DNA of 64,000 nt, taken from the NCBI GenBank assembly GCA_965223155.1, contig CBDCVR010000014.1, positions 384,001-448,000 of the forward strand. Direction: 5' to 3'. The stretch comes from Candidatus Multivoradales bacterium (GTDB lineage Bacteria; Acidobacteriota; Thermoanaerobaculia; Multivoradales; JAHEKO01). Below, one piece after another: positions 9,647-19,246 of the stretch; the first letter of the stretch is position 1, and each line of letters begins with the position of its first letter. The notes beneath the pieces are model-generated. The model made no database searches and had not been told where the DNA came from. It saw nothing but the letters and a program-made list of their open reading frames with translations. Both the position numbers and the translations under genes were made by a program.

Positions 9647-11389
9647 ATGCCTTCCGCTCCGACCGCGCCAGCCGAATCGTCGCTGGACCGGGCAGCCGAT
9701 CCGGAGTCGGGCACGTCCGCTAAGCCGTTGGCTCCGCCCACGGCCGCCGGCGAGTCGGCCTTCGAGGTCTACGTCGAGACCAAGCCGCCGGGAATCGTCC
9801 GGCGCCTGGCGGCGACCCATCGCCACCTGACCGGCCTTCTTTTCGGCGGCCTGGGCGCCTGGGTCCGGGACCGGCCCCGAGCCGGCAAGCGCGGCCTCAG
9901 GTACCGTGCGGCCCAGCTCGCGAGCGGCGTTGCCCGGCCCTTTCTGAGCCGGAAGTTCCGCGACCTGCCTCTTCCGCAGCAGCTACGCCGCCGGCTCGAG
10001 GCCCTGGGCCCAACCTACATCAAGCTCGGCCAGATCCTGAGCCTGCGCGAGGACATCCTGCCGCGGCCAGTGACCGACGAGCTCAAGAACCTTCTGAGCC
10101 GCCTGCCGGCGATTCCGTACCGCCGGTTCGAGGAGCTTCTGGAGGGGGAGATCGGCCGTCCGCCCTCGGAGGCGTTCGCCCACGTGGAGCCCGAGCCGGT
10201 GGGGTCGGCGTCGATCGGACAGACCCATTTCGCGCAAACGGTGGACGGCGACCGGGTCATCTTGAAGATGGTCAAGCCGGGCATCCGGCGAACCATTCAG
10301 CGCGACGTTCTGCTCCTGCGCTTCTTCGGACGGGTGCTTCAGGTGTTCCTGTCCCGGTTCCAGCCCAAGCGGGTGATCCACGAGTTCTGCGACTACACCC
10401 TGCGCGAGGTGGACCTGCGGCGCGAGGCCGACAATGCCGAGACGTTTGCCGCCAACTTTCGGGACGCCAAAGACATCGTCTTCCCAGCGATCTACCGGGA
10501 GTACACCACCCAGAACCTCTTGTGCATGGAGTTCCTGGAGGGTCCCACGCCCGACTCTGGAGCTGCCCAGAACCTGCCCCAGGAGGATCGAGACAGGCTG
10601 GTGGACCTCGGCGCCGAGGCCATCATCCGGATGCTCTACAAGGATGGCTTCTTCCACGCCGATCTCCATCCCGGCAATCTGATCCTCCTCGACGGCCCGC
10701 GCGCCGGGTTCATCGATCTGGGGATGGTCGGCCGCTTCGACGACGAGATCCGCCGCACGCTTCTCTACTACTACTACTGCCTGGTCATGGGCGATTCTCA
10801 CAACGCGGCCCGGTATCTGGCGGCACTGGCCGATCCGACGCCCGGATCGGATCCGCGCGGCTTCCGGCGCGAGGTCGAGGAGATCTCGGGCCGCTGGCAC
10901 CGCACGCCCAACTTCGAGGACTACTCGCTGGGGCAGCTCATCCTGGAGTCGGTCTCGCTGGGCGGGCGCTATCGGATGTACTTTCCGGTCGAGTTGGTGC
11001 TGATGGTCAAGGCGCTGGTGACCTTCGAGGGCGTCGGCCAGATCTTGAATCCGGGGTTCAACGTGGTCGAGGTCTCTCAGCGCCATATCAATTCGATCTT
11101 CTTGCACCAGTTCTCGCCGCTCCGCATCGCCAAGGAGAGCTTGCGTGGAGCGCCCGAGCTGGTGGACGCGCTGGTCAAAGCGCCAATGCTGGTCACCGAG
11201 GGCCTGCGGGTGCTCGAACAGGCCACGCGCCAGCCCGCGGAGAACCCCTTCACCGGCATCCGGGGCACGGTGTTCTCCGGCTTTTGTATCGTCGCCGGCG
11301 CGATCGTGGCCGCGGTCCAGGGCCCGTGGCCGCTGTGGGCCGCCCTGTTCCTGATCGGGCTGGTAATCGCGCTACGCCGTAGCGGCTAG
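9647..11389 (+). CDS. ABC1/UbiB/AarF atypical kinase
   Basis: LGPTYIKLGQ, SASIGQ, FFHADLHPGN, IDLGMVG motifs and C-terminal TM pair. Confidence 0.9.
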   Translation: MPSAPTAPAESSLDRAADPESGTSAKPLAPPTAAGESAFEVYVETKPPGIVRRLAATHRHLTGLLFGGLGAWVRDRPRAGKRGLRYRAAQLASGVARPFLSRKFRDLPLPQQLRRRLEALGPTYIKLGQILSLREDILPRPVTDELKNLLSRLPAIPYRRFEELLEGEIGRPPSEAFAHVEPEPVGSASIGQTHFAQTVDGDRVILKMVKPGIRRTIQRDVLLLRFFGRVLQVFLSRFQPKRVIHEFCDYTLREVDLRREADNAETFAANFRDAKDIVFPAIYREYTTQNLLCMEFLEGPTPDSGAAQNLPQEDRDRLVDLGAEAIIRMLYKDGFFHADLHPGNLILLDGPRAGFIDLGMVGRFDDEIRRTLLYYYYCLVMGDSHNAARYLAALADPTPGSDPRGFRREVEEISGRWHRTPNFEDYSLGQLILESVSLGGRYRMYFPVELVLMVKALVTFEGVGQILNPGFNVVEVSQRHINSIFLHQFSPLRIAKESLRGAPELVDALVKAPMLVTEGLRVLEQATRQPAENPFTGIRGTVFSGFCIVAGAIVAAVQGPWPLWAALFLIGLVIALRRSG

Positions 11390-11418
11390 CAGCCCGGTTT
11401 TTTCTCCGGAAAACGGGC

Positions 11419-11521
11419 GCGAAGCCGCAAGTGCCCGACGGGGCCGGCGCATCTTGGCGAAGGGCCGAGGGCGCGGCGTAGACGCACCTCAAGCGCCAGC
11501 GCCAGGCGCTTGCGACTTCGC
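11419..11521. repeat. REP-like imperfect inverted repeat between convergent genes
   Basis: gcgaagccgcaagtgcc (11419-11435) and ggcgcttgcgacttcgc (11505-11521) are complementary at 15/17 positions. Confidence 0.5.
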
Positions 11522-11534
11522 AACGAGACGGCGT

Positions 11535-11852
11535 TTAGTCCTTGGCCAGCTCGAAGAGGCTCTTCAGGGCCACGACCAGCACCGCCGCGCTCACGAACGC
11601 GATGACGTTGGCGATGATCTGGGTCAAGGCCCCACCGACATACGGCAAGCCACCGACCGCGTTGGCCGCAACAATGAGCGCGATCGCCGCCAGCAGGAAG
11701 CGAAAGCTCTCCTTGCCGGCGATGTTCATGAAGCCCACGACCAGACCGAGGACGGCCAGAACCCAGCCGAACCAGGACTGCGTGAAACCCAGACCGCCGA
11801 TGATGGCGATAACCAGGCCAAGTACGAAAGCCCACTTACCGAGTTGTTCCAT
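11535..11852 (-). CDS. Small 4-TM membrane protein of unknown function
   Basis: 105 aa, four hydrophobic segments, purine-rich RBS upstream. Confidence 0.8.
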   Translation of the reverse strand: MEQLGKWAFVLGLVIAIIGGLGFTQSWFGWVLAVLGLVVGFMNIAGKESFRFLLAAIALIVAANAVGGLPYVGGALTQIIANVIAFVSAAVLVVALKSLFELAKD

Positions 11853-11915
11853 AGTTCCCCCCTTGTTTGGAACAGCAGTTGACTGTGTAGGCCGAGTATA
11901 TCAGCCCGACTCGGT

Positions 11916-13196
11916 TCAACGGGGTGTGGCGAGCTGCCGTTCGAGGCGGTCGAGAGCGGAGTCGAGGTCGTCAAGGACCTCACGGGGACGGGCTTCCCGG
12001 CCCCGCTCTCGCCCCTGGTTCTTGATCGCTCGCTCGCCGGCTTGCACTCGGAGCTCGGGCAGGCCGACGCTGGTCCAGACGTCGCGTTCTTCCTCGAGAC
12101 GATCGACGCGAAAGACGATGCCGCGGCGGTCGAAGAGCTCGGTGAGCTCCTCGCGCCGATCGTAGAGTTCGCGGCGGGTCGCCCGGTAGGCATGCTCGCA
12201 AATCCAGCGTCGGGACGAGAAGCTGAAGGTGTTGCTGAAGAACATCCGGTAGTCGTCCCTCTTAGGCTCGATCAGCACCACTTGAGCACCTTCGTAGAGA
12301 TCCTCGTAGCGAGACAACCCGACCTCGAGACGCGAGTGGATGAGCGTTCGGAAGGTCTGAGATAGCACCGTGGGCAGGCCCCGGTTGATGAGCCGGCCGC
12401 GCTTCATCACGCCCTTCTCGACCGCCGTCCGGGTGTCGACCGGCACGATCGGGTTAAGGCAAATGAGGAGATTGGCACCGGCGTCAAGCGCCACGGAGCC
12501 GTGCAGGGTCTTCTTGAGGACGCCGTCAACGTAGTGGCGGCCGTCGATCTCGACCGGCGGATAGAGACCGGGCAGCGCGGTCGAAGCCTGAACGGCGCGG
12601 GAGATCGGTACGTGGTCGAAGCCGGGCTCTCCAAAGCGTACGGCCTTGCCCCTGTCGAGATCGACGGCGACAACGTAGAGCTGCTTTCCCAGGCGGCGAA
12701 AGTCGTCGGTGCGGCCCCGAATCGTGTAAATCTTTTCGAGATACTGCCGGATGGGCTCGTTGTCGAAGAGCCCGACTGGCAGTGCCCGGGCCACCCGGGT
12801 CAGGGAATCAAAGAGGCTCTTGTCGTCGGGGTGGAGCAGGTAGTCGGTGAATGCCTGCCACAGGAGTCCCGGCACCGAAGCTCCCCGGCGCAGCATCTCG
12901 TGGAAGGCCGGGCGCAGAAAGTTCTCGGCCACGAACGGATGCTCGCCGGGCTCGCTCTTGACGATAGCCCGGCACATCTGCGCCGTGGTCAGATCGTTGG
13001 CCAGGTTGGCCGTCAGGAAGGCGCCGGCGCTAACCCCGACGTAGACGTGCAGATCGGTGAAGTCCACGCCTTCCAGGACTTCGTCAATGGCTCGGAGGGC
13101 GCCGATCTCGTACACGGCGCCCTCCGGCCCCCCACCGGCGAGAGCCAGCCCGATCTTGGTGGCTGGCCCCGCCGCTCGCTTTCCCCCGCGCCTCAC
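11916..13196 (-). CDS. Patatin-like phospholipase/esterase (possible PHA/lipid depolymerase)
   Basis: LAGGGPEG oxyanion motif, GVSAG nucleophile motif, YVDGV. Confidence 0.88.
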   Translation of the reverse strand: MRRGGKRAAGPATKIGLALAGGGPEGAVYEIGALRAIDEVLEGVDFTDLHVYVGVSAGAFLTANLANDLTTAQMCRAIVKSEPGEHPFVAENFLRPAFHEMLRRGASVPGLLWQAFTDYLLHPDDKSLFDSLTRVARALPVGLFDNEPIRQYLEKIYTIRGRTDDFRRLGKQLYVVAVDLDRGKAVRFGEPGFDHVPISRAVQASTALPGLYPPVEIDGRHYVDGVLKKTLHGSVALDAGANLLICLNPIVPVDTRTAVEKGVMKRGRLINRGLPTVLSQTFRTLIHSRLEVGLSRYEDLYEGAQVVLIEPKRDDYRMFFSNTFSFSSRRWICEHAYRATRRELYDRREELTELFDRRGIVFRVDRLEEERDVWTSVGLPELRVQAGERAIKNQGRERGREARPREVLDDLDSALDRLERQLATPR

Positions 13197-13202
13197 GAAC
13201 GG

Positions 13203-13649
13203 TTAGGCGCTCTTGCGGGCTCGCGACCTGGTGGTCTTCTTGGCCGTCTTCTTGGCGGCCTTCTTGGCCGAACGGACGGGCTTGCGACCAGCCTCCTCGA
13301 CCTTCTTGGTGAGCTGCTCGACCCGGCGGGTCAGCTTCTGGATCTCCATCCGGCTGGGCACGCCCAAACGGTTGAGGGTGTCGGCCACGCGGGCGTCAAA
13401 GCCCTTGCCGAGCTTGCCGAAGGCCGACTCGGCCTTGTCCATGGCATCACCGACCTGGTCCTCGACCACTCCCTGGACCTTCTCGATCTTCTTCTTGCCA
13501 CGCTTTTCGAACGACTCGCCCTTCTTGACCAGGTTCTTGAAAAGCTTCGAGCCTTCATCTTCGGCCATGGAGAGCGCGCCGAGGCCGGCGAGCCATATCT
13601 TGTGGGCAGATTCCTTCACGTCGGACTGAACTTTCTTCTTCTTTGTCAT
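13203..13649 (-). CDS. Phasin (PhaF/PhaI-like PHA granule-associated protein)
   Basis: IWLAGLGA...EGSKLFKNLVKKGE...LNRLGVPSR..I..L motif and Lys/Ala-rich tail. Confidence 0.88.
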   Translation of the reverse strand: MTKKKKVQSDVKESAHKIWLAGLGALSMAEDEGSKLFKNLVKKGESFEKRGKKKIEKVQGVVEDQVGDAMDKAESAFGKLGKGFDARVADTLNRLGVPSRMEIQKLTRRVEQLTKKVEEAGRKPVRSAKKAAKKTAKKTTRSRARKSA

Positions 13650-13707
13650 GGTTCCTTCTCCTATCGAGGATGCGTTCCGTCGCGCGGTACGCGGTTCTTG
13701 AATCGCT

Positions 13708-14263
13708 CTAGGGCTTCTTGGTACGCCGCTTCCTGGTGGAAGCCGACTTTTTCTTGGTTTTCGTCTTGGCCTTGGCCTTGGCTCGGGTCTTCCGAGGCTT
13801 GGCCTTGGTCTTCTTGGGGGCCGCGGTACTCCGGGACTGGGACTTGTCGCGATCGGCCACCTCGAGCCGCGCCAGAGAGCTTTCCAGCTCTTCGAGCCGG
13901 TCCCGTAGATGGCCCATCTCCTGGCGCGCCTGCTTGACCGGACTGATCCGGTCCATCGAGACCTCCAGAATCCGGTCGACCCCGTGCTGCACCTGCTGGA
14001 CGCCGCTATGCAGAGCCCGTTCTCCCGCGCGCAGTAATGTCGTGCAGGAACTCGGTCGAAACCGGGCTCTTGCCATTGCGCCCTTCTTCCAGAATGACCT
14101 GGGTCAGCATCTGGGCGGTCACGTCCTCTTGGCTCGAGTTGTCGATGACACGGATCTGCTGCCCTCGACGAACGAACGTGGCGATCTCGTCGAGCGAGAC
14201 GTACCGGCTCTCCTCGGTGTCGTAGAGCTTGCGGCTCTCGTAGCGCTTGATCAGGCGAACCAT
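13708..14263 (-). pseudogene. phaR: PHA synthesis regulator PhaR-like, split by a single-base frameshift near 14038
   Basis: N-terminal MVRLIKRYESRKLYDTEESRYVSLDEI is the PHB-accumulation DNA-binding motif. At TTC CTG CAC GAC A TTA CTG CGC one extra base shifts the frame away from the coiled-coil and Lys-rich tail (ORF 13708..14076). Confidence 0.8.
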
Positions 14264-14379
14264 GGTGCGTTTCCTTTGGGCTGGGCCTTCGTTCTTGCCG
14301 CCCTGCGGCAACTCGTTCTCACTTTATACCGCACTGCGGCATTCCGGTCAAGCCCTTTTTGCCGCGACGCGGCAAAGAT

Positions 14380-15537
14380 TCAGCGCGGCGCCCAGAGCTC
14401 GTCGAGAGCCTGAGCGAACCGAGCGAGGCTCGCGAGATCGGCAGGGGACTCAGTCAGCAGTGGAATCCGAACTACCGGAACCGAGGTGCCGGCAAGGGAT
14501 TCGAGCTCCGCCGCTACCCGCCGATCCCGCTCGGCCAGCCAGCACAAGAGCTCGAGACCAGGCGGGCCGGCCTCGACTCCGGTATTGCCTCGCTCCTGCC
14601 GTCCCCGCCGCCGGCTGCGTCGCTGCAAAGGATGCATGCGGTTGACCACCAGCCGGTCAAGACGCTGGCCGCGCTCCGACAGGCCGCGAGCGAAGAACAT
14701 CGTGTCGGCGACCGCTCCCGCCGACGGCGCGGTCACCAAGACAAAGCCGGTCTCCTCGGCGGCAAGCAGCCGCCGAACCTCATCGGCCCGCGAGCGGAAG
14801 CCGTCGAATAGCGGCGCGAAGGCGCGAAAGAATTCGGTCATGTCGCGCAAGAGATCCAGCCCGACCAACTCGTCCAGGAAACGGTCGAGCCGGGCGCCCA
14901 AGCCCGGCAGAACCGCCGCGGCCCGGAGCCGGCCGGAAGCATCGAACCAATCGCGCGTCGCGAAGCGCACGGCGCCGCTGTCCAAGAACGAGACGATGCG
15001 CTCAGGAGCATCCAGAAAGGCGAGGGCCTCACCGATCGGCGGCGTGTCCAGGACGATTCGATCGTAGCCGCCGTCGGTCACCGCTTCGTACAGCCGCTCC
15101 ACCGCCATGTATTCGAGAATGCCCGCCAACCGGCCCGCCAGGCGGTCGAAATAGGGATTCCGCAGAATGCGTTCGCGCGAGTCACGATCGGGCGCGTAGC
15201 GCTCGACCAGGGAGACGAAGGTCGCGCGGGCATCGAGCAGATGCGCCCACAGCTCGCCGGTGCCCTTGCCCGACCTGGGAAGGGCCACCGGCACGGCCCC
15301 GGTGCCAGTTCCGTGGCCGGTTCCGGGCCCGGTTCCGGAGCCGGCACTTCCCGCTGGATCGTCCACGGCCAGCCCCAACGCCTCCCGCAGACGCCAGGAC
15401 GGGTCAAAGGTCATGACCAGAGTGCGGGCGCCTTCCCGCGCATGGCGGAGCGCGGTAGCCGCCGCCAGAGTGGTCTTGCCGACACCGCCGCCGCCGACGA
15501 AGACGAGCCGTTCCGGAAGCTCGCGCGGCGCGGTCAT
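14380..15537 (-). CDS. ArsA/GET3-family ATPase, subunit lacking the signature Lys
   Basis: GGGGVGKTT Walker A, TFDP, VLDTPP, VVNR. Confidence 0.85.
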   Translation of the reverse strand: MTAPRELPERLVFVGGGGVGKTTLAAATALRHAREGARTLVMTFDPSWRLREALGLAVDDPAGSAGSGTGPGTGHGTGTGAVPVALPRSGKGTGELWAHLLDARATFVSLVERYAPDRDSRERILRNPYFDRLAGRLAGILEYMAVERLYEAVTDGGYDRIVLDTPPIGEALAFLDAPERIVSFLDSGAVRFATRDWFDASGRLRAAAVLPGLGARLDRFLDELVGLDLLRDMTEFFRAFAPLFDGFRSRADEVRRLLAAEETGFVLVTAPSAGAVADTMFFARGLSERGQRLDRLVVNRMHPLQRRSRRRGRQERGNTGVEAGPPGLELLCWLAERDRRVAAELESLAGTSVPVVRIPLLTESPADLASLARFAQALDELWAPR

Positions 15538-16466
15538 GTCCCGTCCCCACTCTCAGGCTGAGTCTCAGGGTCTCCCGCCAGGCCTCGGGCCAGCGCCGCG
15601 ACGAGCTTCTGGCCCTCGTCCAGAGCCAACAGGGGCAACTCGCTCAGCGGCACGGGAACCGCCCGGGCCAGACGCTCGAGCTCGGATTCCTGGATCCCGC
15701 GGCGGGCGCGCCAGAGGCGCGCCGCTTGCGAGCGGCCCGTGTACCCGGTCGGCACCGGCGGATAGAGCTTGTTGGCGACGACGAAGTCGAGGCCGATCCG
15801 TGTCTCGGACGCGAGCCGTTCCGCCAGCTCGACCGTCTCAGACACCGGCAGCTCCTCGCCCAGAGTCACCGCCACCACCGCCGTAGTGTCCGCGCCCACC
15901 CAGCCCGCCACCTCGGCAGCAAGCCGCGCCACCGGGCCGGCCTGAATGGCCTCTGCCACGAGCTCTGGAGCGCTGAGCAGGCTGAGCGCATGTCCGGTCG
16001 CGGGCGAATCCAGGACGACGAGCGGTCGTGTCGACGGCGCCCCGGCGGGATCGATCGTGCGGCCGGGCGGAGGGGCCGCCTCGCCGCTGGCCGCGAAGGC
16101 ATAGCGCAGGGTCGCCAATTCCTTCAACCCGGGACAGCCCTCCACGAAGTGCCGGTAGACCGGACTCCGGAAAAGCCGGCGGGCCAATCCGGGCAGCGGC
16201 AGCCGTTCGGCGACGAGCTCGTCGATCACCCGCTCGGGGCGCAGGTTGACGAGCTCGAGTCGGGGCGAGACCTGGATCCGCTCGCCCCCGGAGGGCGCGG
16301 TCTGCAGGAAGCGATGGGCGCTCTCGCGCGGATCGGCCTCGATGAGCAGGGTCGGGCGCTTCCGCGCCAGCGCGGTCGCGAGCGCGGTGGCGACCGCGGT
16401 CTTGCCCACCCCGCCCTTGCCGGTGACGAGAACGAGCTCCTTGGCGGCCAGGTGTTCGAGCAGCAT
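15534..16466 (-). CDS. ArsA/GET3-family ATPase
   Basis: TGKGGVGKT deviant Walker A, PGLKEL, LDSPATGH, VANK. Overlaps the next gene by 4 bp. Confidence 0.85.
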   Translation of the reverse strand: MLLEHLAAKELVLVTGKGGVGKTAVATALATALARKRPTLLIEADPRESAHRFLQTAPSGGERIQVSPRLELVNLRPERVIDELVAERLPLPGLARRLFRSPVYRHFVEGCPGLKELATLRYAFAASGEAAPPPGRTIDPAGAPSTRPLVVLDSPATGHALSLLSAPELVAEAIQAGPVARLAAEVAGWVGADTTAVVAVTLGEELPVSETVELAERLASETRIGLDFVVANKLYPPVPTGYTGRSQAARLWRARRGIQESELERLARAVPVPLSELPLLALDEGQKLVAALARGLAGDPETQPESGDGT

Positions 16467-16597
16467 GATCGAGTTGCGGGAAGTTTCGGCAAAGCCCGGA
16501 GAGACCAGGGAGCGACCTCGAGCCTCCAAGCCTGAGGTGAGAGGGTATTCGAAAAGAAGGCGCACGACACCGGCCGGCCGAGTATCCTTGGTGCGCC

Positions 16598-16951
16598 GTG
16601 ACCTTCGTCATCACCGAGCCCTGCCGGAACGAGAAGGACCGCTCGTGCGTCGAGGTCTGTCCGGAGGACTGCATCTACGACGCCGAGGGCTGGGACACGC
16701 TCCGCATCCATCCCGGCGAGTGCACTGACTGCACCTTGTGCGTCGAGGCCTGTCCCGTCCAGGCGATCTATCCGGAGGCCGAAGTGCCGGTGTGGTGGCG
16801 CGACTGGATTGCGGTCAACTACCGGAGTTTCGGCTTGGAGCCACCGGCGCCCACCGGAGTCTCGAAGCAAGCGATTGGAGCGATCGGAGCCAGCCCGGCC
16901 AGATCGGCCGACTCAGGCAACTCAGGTAGCTCAGAAGCCGCCGATGGGTGA
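16598..16951 (+). CDS. Ferredoxin (7Fe FdxA-type)
   Basis: MTFVITEPC...SCVEVCPEDCI...ECTDCTLCVEACPVQAI. Confidence 0.9.
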   Translation: MTFVITEPCRNEKDRSCVEVCPEDCIYDAEGWDTLRIHPGECTDCTLCVEACPVQAIYPEAEVPVWWRDWIAVNYRSFGLEPPAPTGVSKQAIGAIGASPARSADSGNSGSSEAADG

Positions 16952-17759
16952 CGATCCGGCGGTGCGCAAGGCGGTGATTCCCGCGGCCGGACACGGCACG
17001 CGCATGCACCCGGTGAGCAAGACCGTGCCCAAGGAGCTCTTGCCCATCGGCTCGAAGCCCGCCGTCCACTGGGTGGTCGAGGAAGCCGCCGCCGCCGGCC
17101 TGACCGAGATCGCGGTGGTCTTGAGCCCGGCCAAGCGTCTGCTCTTCGAGTACCTGGCTTCGAGCGGGCTGGACCGCGAGCTGGGCGTGCGCTTCGAGTA
17201 CGTCGACCAGGACGTCCAGCGGGGTCTGGCCGACGCAATGTGGCGCTGCCGGGACTTCTGCGACGGCGAGCCCTTCGCGTTGCTGCTGCCCGACAACGTC
17301 GTGCTGGCTCCCGAGTACCGCCTCGAGGGCATGATCGACGTCTACCGGGACACCGGCCTCGACGTTGTCGGCGTGCTCGAGCTGGACGTGAGCCACAGCG
17401 GGCTCTACGGCAACTGCGGTCGAATCCGCTCCGGCGAGGCGAGGGGTCGAGCCTTGCCGATCCACGAGCTTTCGGGCAAGGAGCCGGGCCGGCTCGTGAT
17501 CGAACCGGGTACCACCGTGCGCCGCACCTGCGGCCGCTACGTCTGCCGGCCCCATGTTTTCGAGTACATGGAGCCGCTGCGCGAATCCACCAACGGCGCG
17601 CCCGGCGAGCTCGACGAGGTGCCCGTCTATCAGGCCATCATCCGCGACCACGGAGCCATGGGCTGGATCGTGCCGCCGCCGCTCTTCGATGTCGGCTATC
17701 CCCTGGGCTTCGCCGCCGCCAACGGCTACTTCGCCGAGACGCTGGCCCCAGGGCGCTGA
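16944..17759 (+). CDS. Sugar-phosphate nucleotidyltransferase (GalU-like)
   Basis: KAVIPAAGHGTRMHP, PKELLP, LLLPDN, FDVG motifs. Confidence 0.85.
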   Translation: MGDDPAVRKAVIPAAGHGTRMHPVSKTVPKELLPIGSKPAVHWVVEEAAAAGLTEIAVVLSPAKRLLFEYLASSGLDRELGVRFEYVDQDVQRGLADAMWRCRDFCDGEPFALLLPDNVVLAPEYRLEGMIDVYRDTGLDVVGVLELDVSHSGLYGNCGRIRSGEARGRALPIHELSGKEPGRLVIEPGTTVRRTCGRYVCRPHVFEYMEPLRESTNGAPGELDEVPVYQAIIRDHGAMGWIVPPPLFDVGYPLGFAAANGYFAETLAPGR

Positions 17760-17833
17760 CGCCGAGTCCGAACGACGCCTCGCGCTCGAAAATCGGCGCG
17801 CCCGGCCCAGGATCGATGGGACGAGCAGGCTAG

Positions 17834-18017
17834 CTAGCCTGGCTTTCTCACAGGCGTTTGAATCAGAAGGTCTCAAGTGTTTGGAGATGCAAGGCTTGCG
17901 ACCGAGGGCGACGCAGGCGTAGCTGTAGCTACGTCGAGGAGCCTGAGTGGAGCGTAACGCCGCAGATCCAGACACTCGCGGCTTTCTGGACGAAGGCTTG
18001 TGAGAAAGCCAGGCTAG
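17834..18017. mobile_element. MITE/REP-like 184-bp palindromic element
   Basis: Perfect 19-bp terminal inverted repeats ctagcctggctttctcaca (17834-17852 and 17999-18017), longer imperfect arms, central cgtagc-tgta-gctacg hairpin. No coding capacity. Confidence 0.75.
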
Positions 18018-19204
18018 ACAGGCTCGACTTCGGCGCCCGCGCCGATCCGCGCGCAGAAGCTCGGTGCGGAACGGCCGAAGGCGCGCTCGAAGTCGCGGCT
18101 CATCCGGGCCGCCACCGCCTCGGCCGCCGCCGCCTTGATCAGAGCAACGACGCAACCGCCGAAACCGGCGCCGCTCAGGCGCGCGCCGTAGCAGCCCGAA
18201 GCCGACGCCGCCGAGTGGGCCAGAAGATCGAGCTCCGGAAGCGAAACCTCATAGAGATCGCGCGAGCTCGCGTGCGAAGCGTTCATGAGCTCGCCCACCA
18301 CCCGTACCTTGCCCTGACGAAGCGCCTCGGCGCCCTGCCGCACCCGCTCGCACTCCTCCACCACGTGCCGAGCGCGCTTGTGGAGAGCCGGCGTGAGGAC
18401 TCCGGCGTGCTCGGCCAGGTCCGCAGACGAAAGATCGCGGAGCGACTCGAGGCCCGGGACGACGAGCGCGAGCGCGGCCGTGGCCTGGCGACACTCTTCC
18501 GGGCGCCGGTTGTAGTCGGATTCAGCGAGCCGGCGGCGCACACCGCTGTCGGCGACGAGCACGGCCAGATCCGAGGGTAGCGGCACCCGGTCGAAGTCCA
18601 GACTCCGGCAGTCCAGCAGAAGCAGGCTGTCGGCAGCCCCGTGGATCGAAGTGAACTGGTCCATGACGCCGGAGCTCACTCCTAGGTACTCGTTCTCCAC
18701 CCGGCGGCCGATCTCGGACCGCCGGCGCCCGGAGAGCTCGAAGCCGCCAGCCGCCTCACAGGCGAGCAGCAAGGCCACTTCCACCGCCGCTGACGAGCTC
18801 ACGCCGGCGCCGATGGGTAGGTCGCCGCCGAGAACGGCGTCGATCGGAGCGACCGCATACCCGGCGCGGGCGAGGGCCCAGAAGACACCGCGCGCGAGCT
18901 CGTCCCAGCCGGCCAGGTCATCGCCTCCGCCGCGCCGTTCGGGCACCGGCGGCGGCAACCAGCGACCGTCGATCTCTGTCGTGTCCTCGTAGTCCAAGGC
19001 CAGGATGCGAGCCTTGTCCGAGCTTGCCGGACGGGCCGCCAGCCAGAGGCTCCGGTCGATCGCTCCGGCCAAGACCCAGCCCTGGTTGTAGTCGACGTGG
19101 GCGCCAAGGACACAGACGCGGCCTGGCGCACGGATCATCCACTGGGGCTCGTCACCGAAGGCCTCGGCGAAGGCTTGGAGGACGCGCTGGCGACCGCTCA
19201 CCAC
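18014..19204 (-). CDS. galK: Galactokinase
   Basis: APGRV..GAHVDYNQG, PIGAGVSSSAA, GVMDQ, GARLSGAGFGG GHMP motifs. Confidence 0.9.
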   Translation of the reverse strand: MVSGRQRVLQAFAEAFGDEPQWMIRAPGRVCVLGAHVDYNQGWVLAGAIDRSLWLAARPASSDKARILALDYEDTTEIDGRWLPPPVPERRGGGDDLAGWDELARGVFWALARAGYAVAPIDAVLGGDLPIGAGVSSSAAVEVALLLACEAAGGFELSGRRRSEIGRRVENEYLGVSSGVMDQFTSIHGAADSLLLLDCRSLDFDRVPLPSDLAVLVADSGVRRRLAESDYNRRPEECRQATAALALVVPGLESLRDLSSADLAEHAGVLTPALHKRARHVVEECERVRQGAEALRQGKVRVVGELMNASHASSRDLYEVSLPELDLLAHSAASASGCYGARLSGAGFGGCVVALIKAAAAEAVAARMSRDFERAFGRSAPSFCARIGAGAEVEPV

Positions 19205-19246
19205 GGGGCCTCCCCAACGAGCACGGCCCGGTATGATCGCGGCCCG

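Noticed and set aside
14380-16466. Arsenic-resistance ArsA interpretation
   Set aside because: Single-domain ATPases with no arsB/arsD/arsR adjacent; the context is storage-granule genes.
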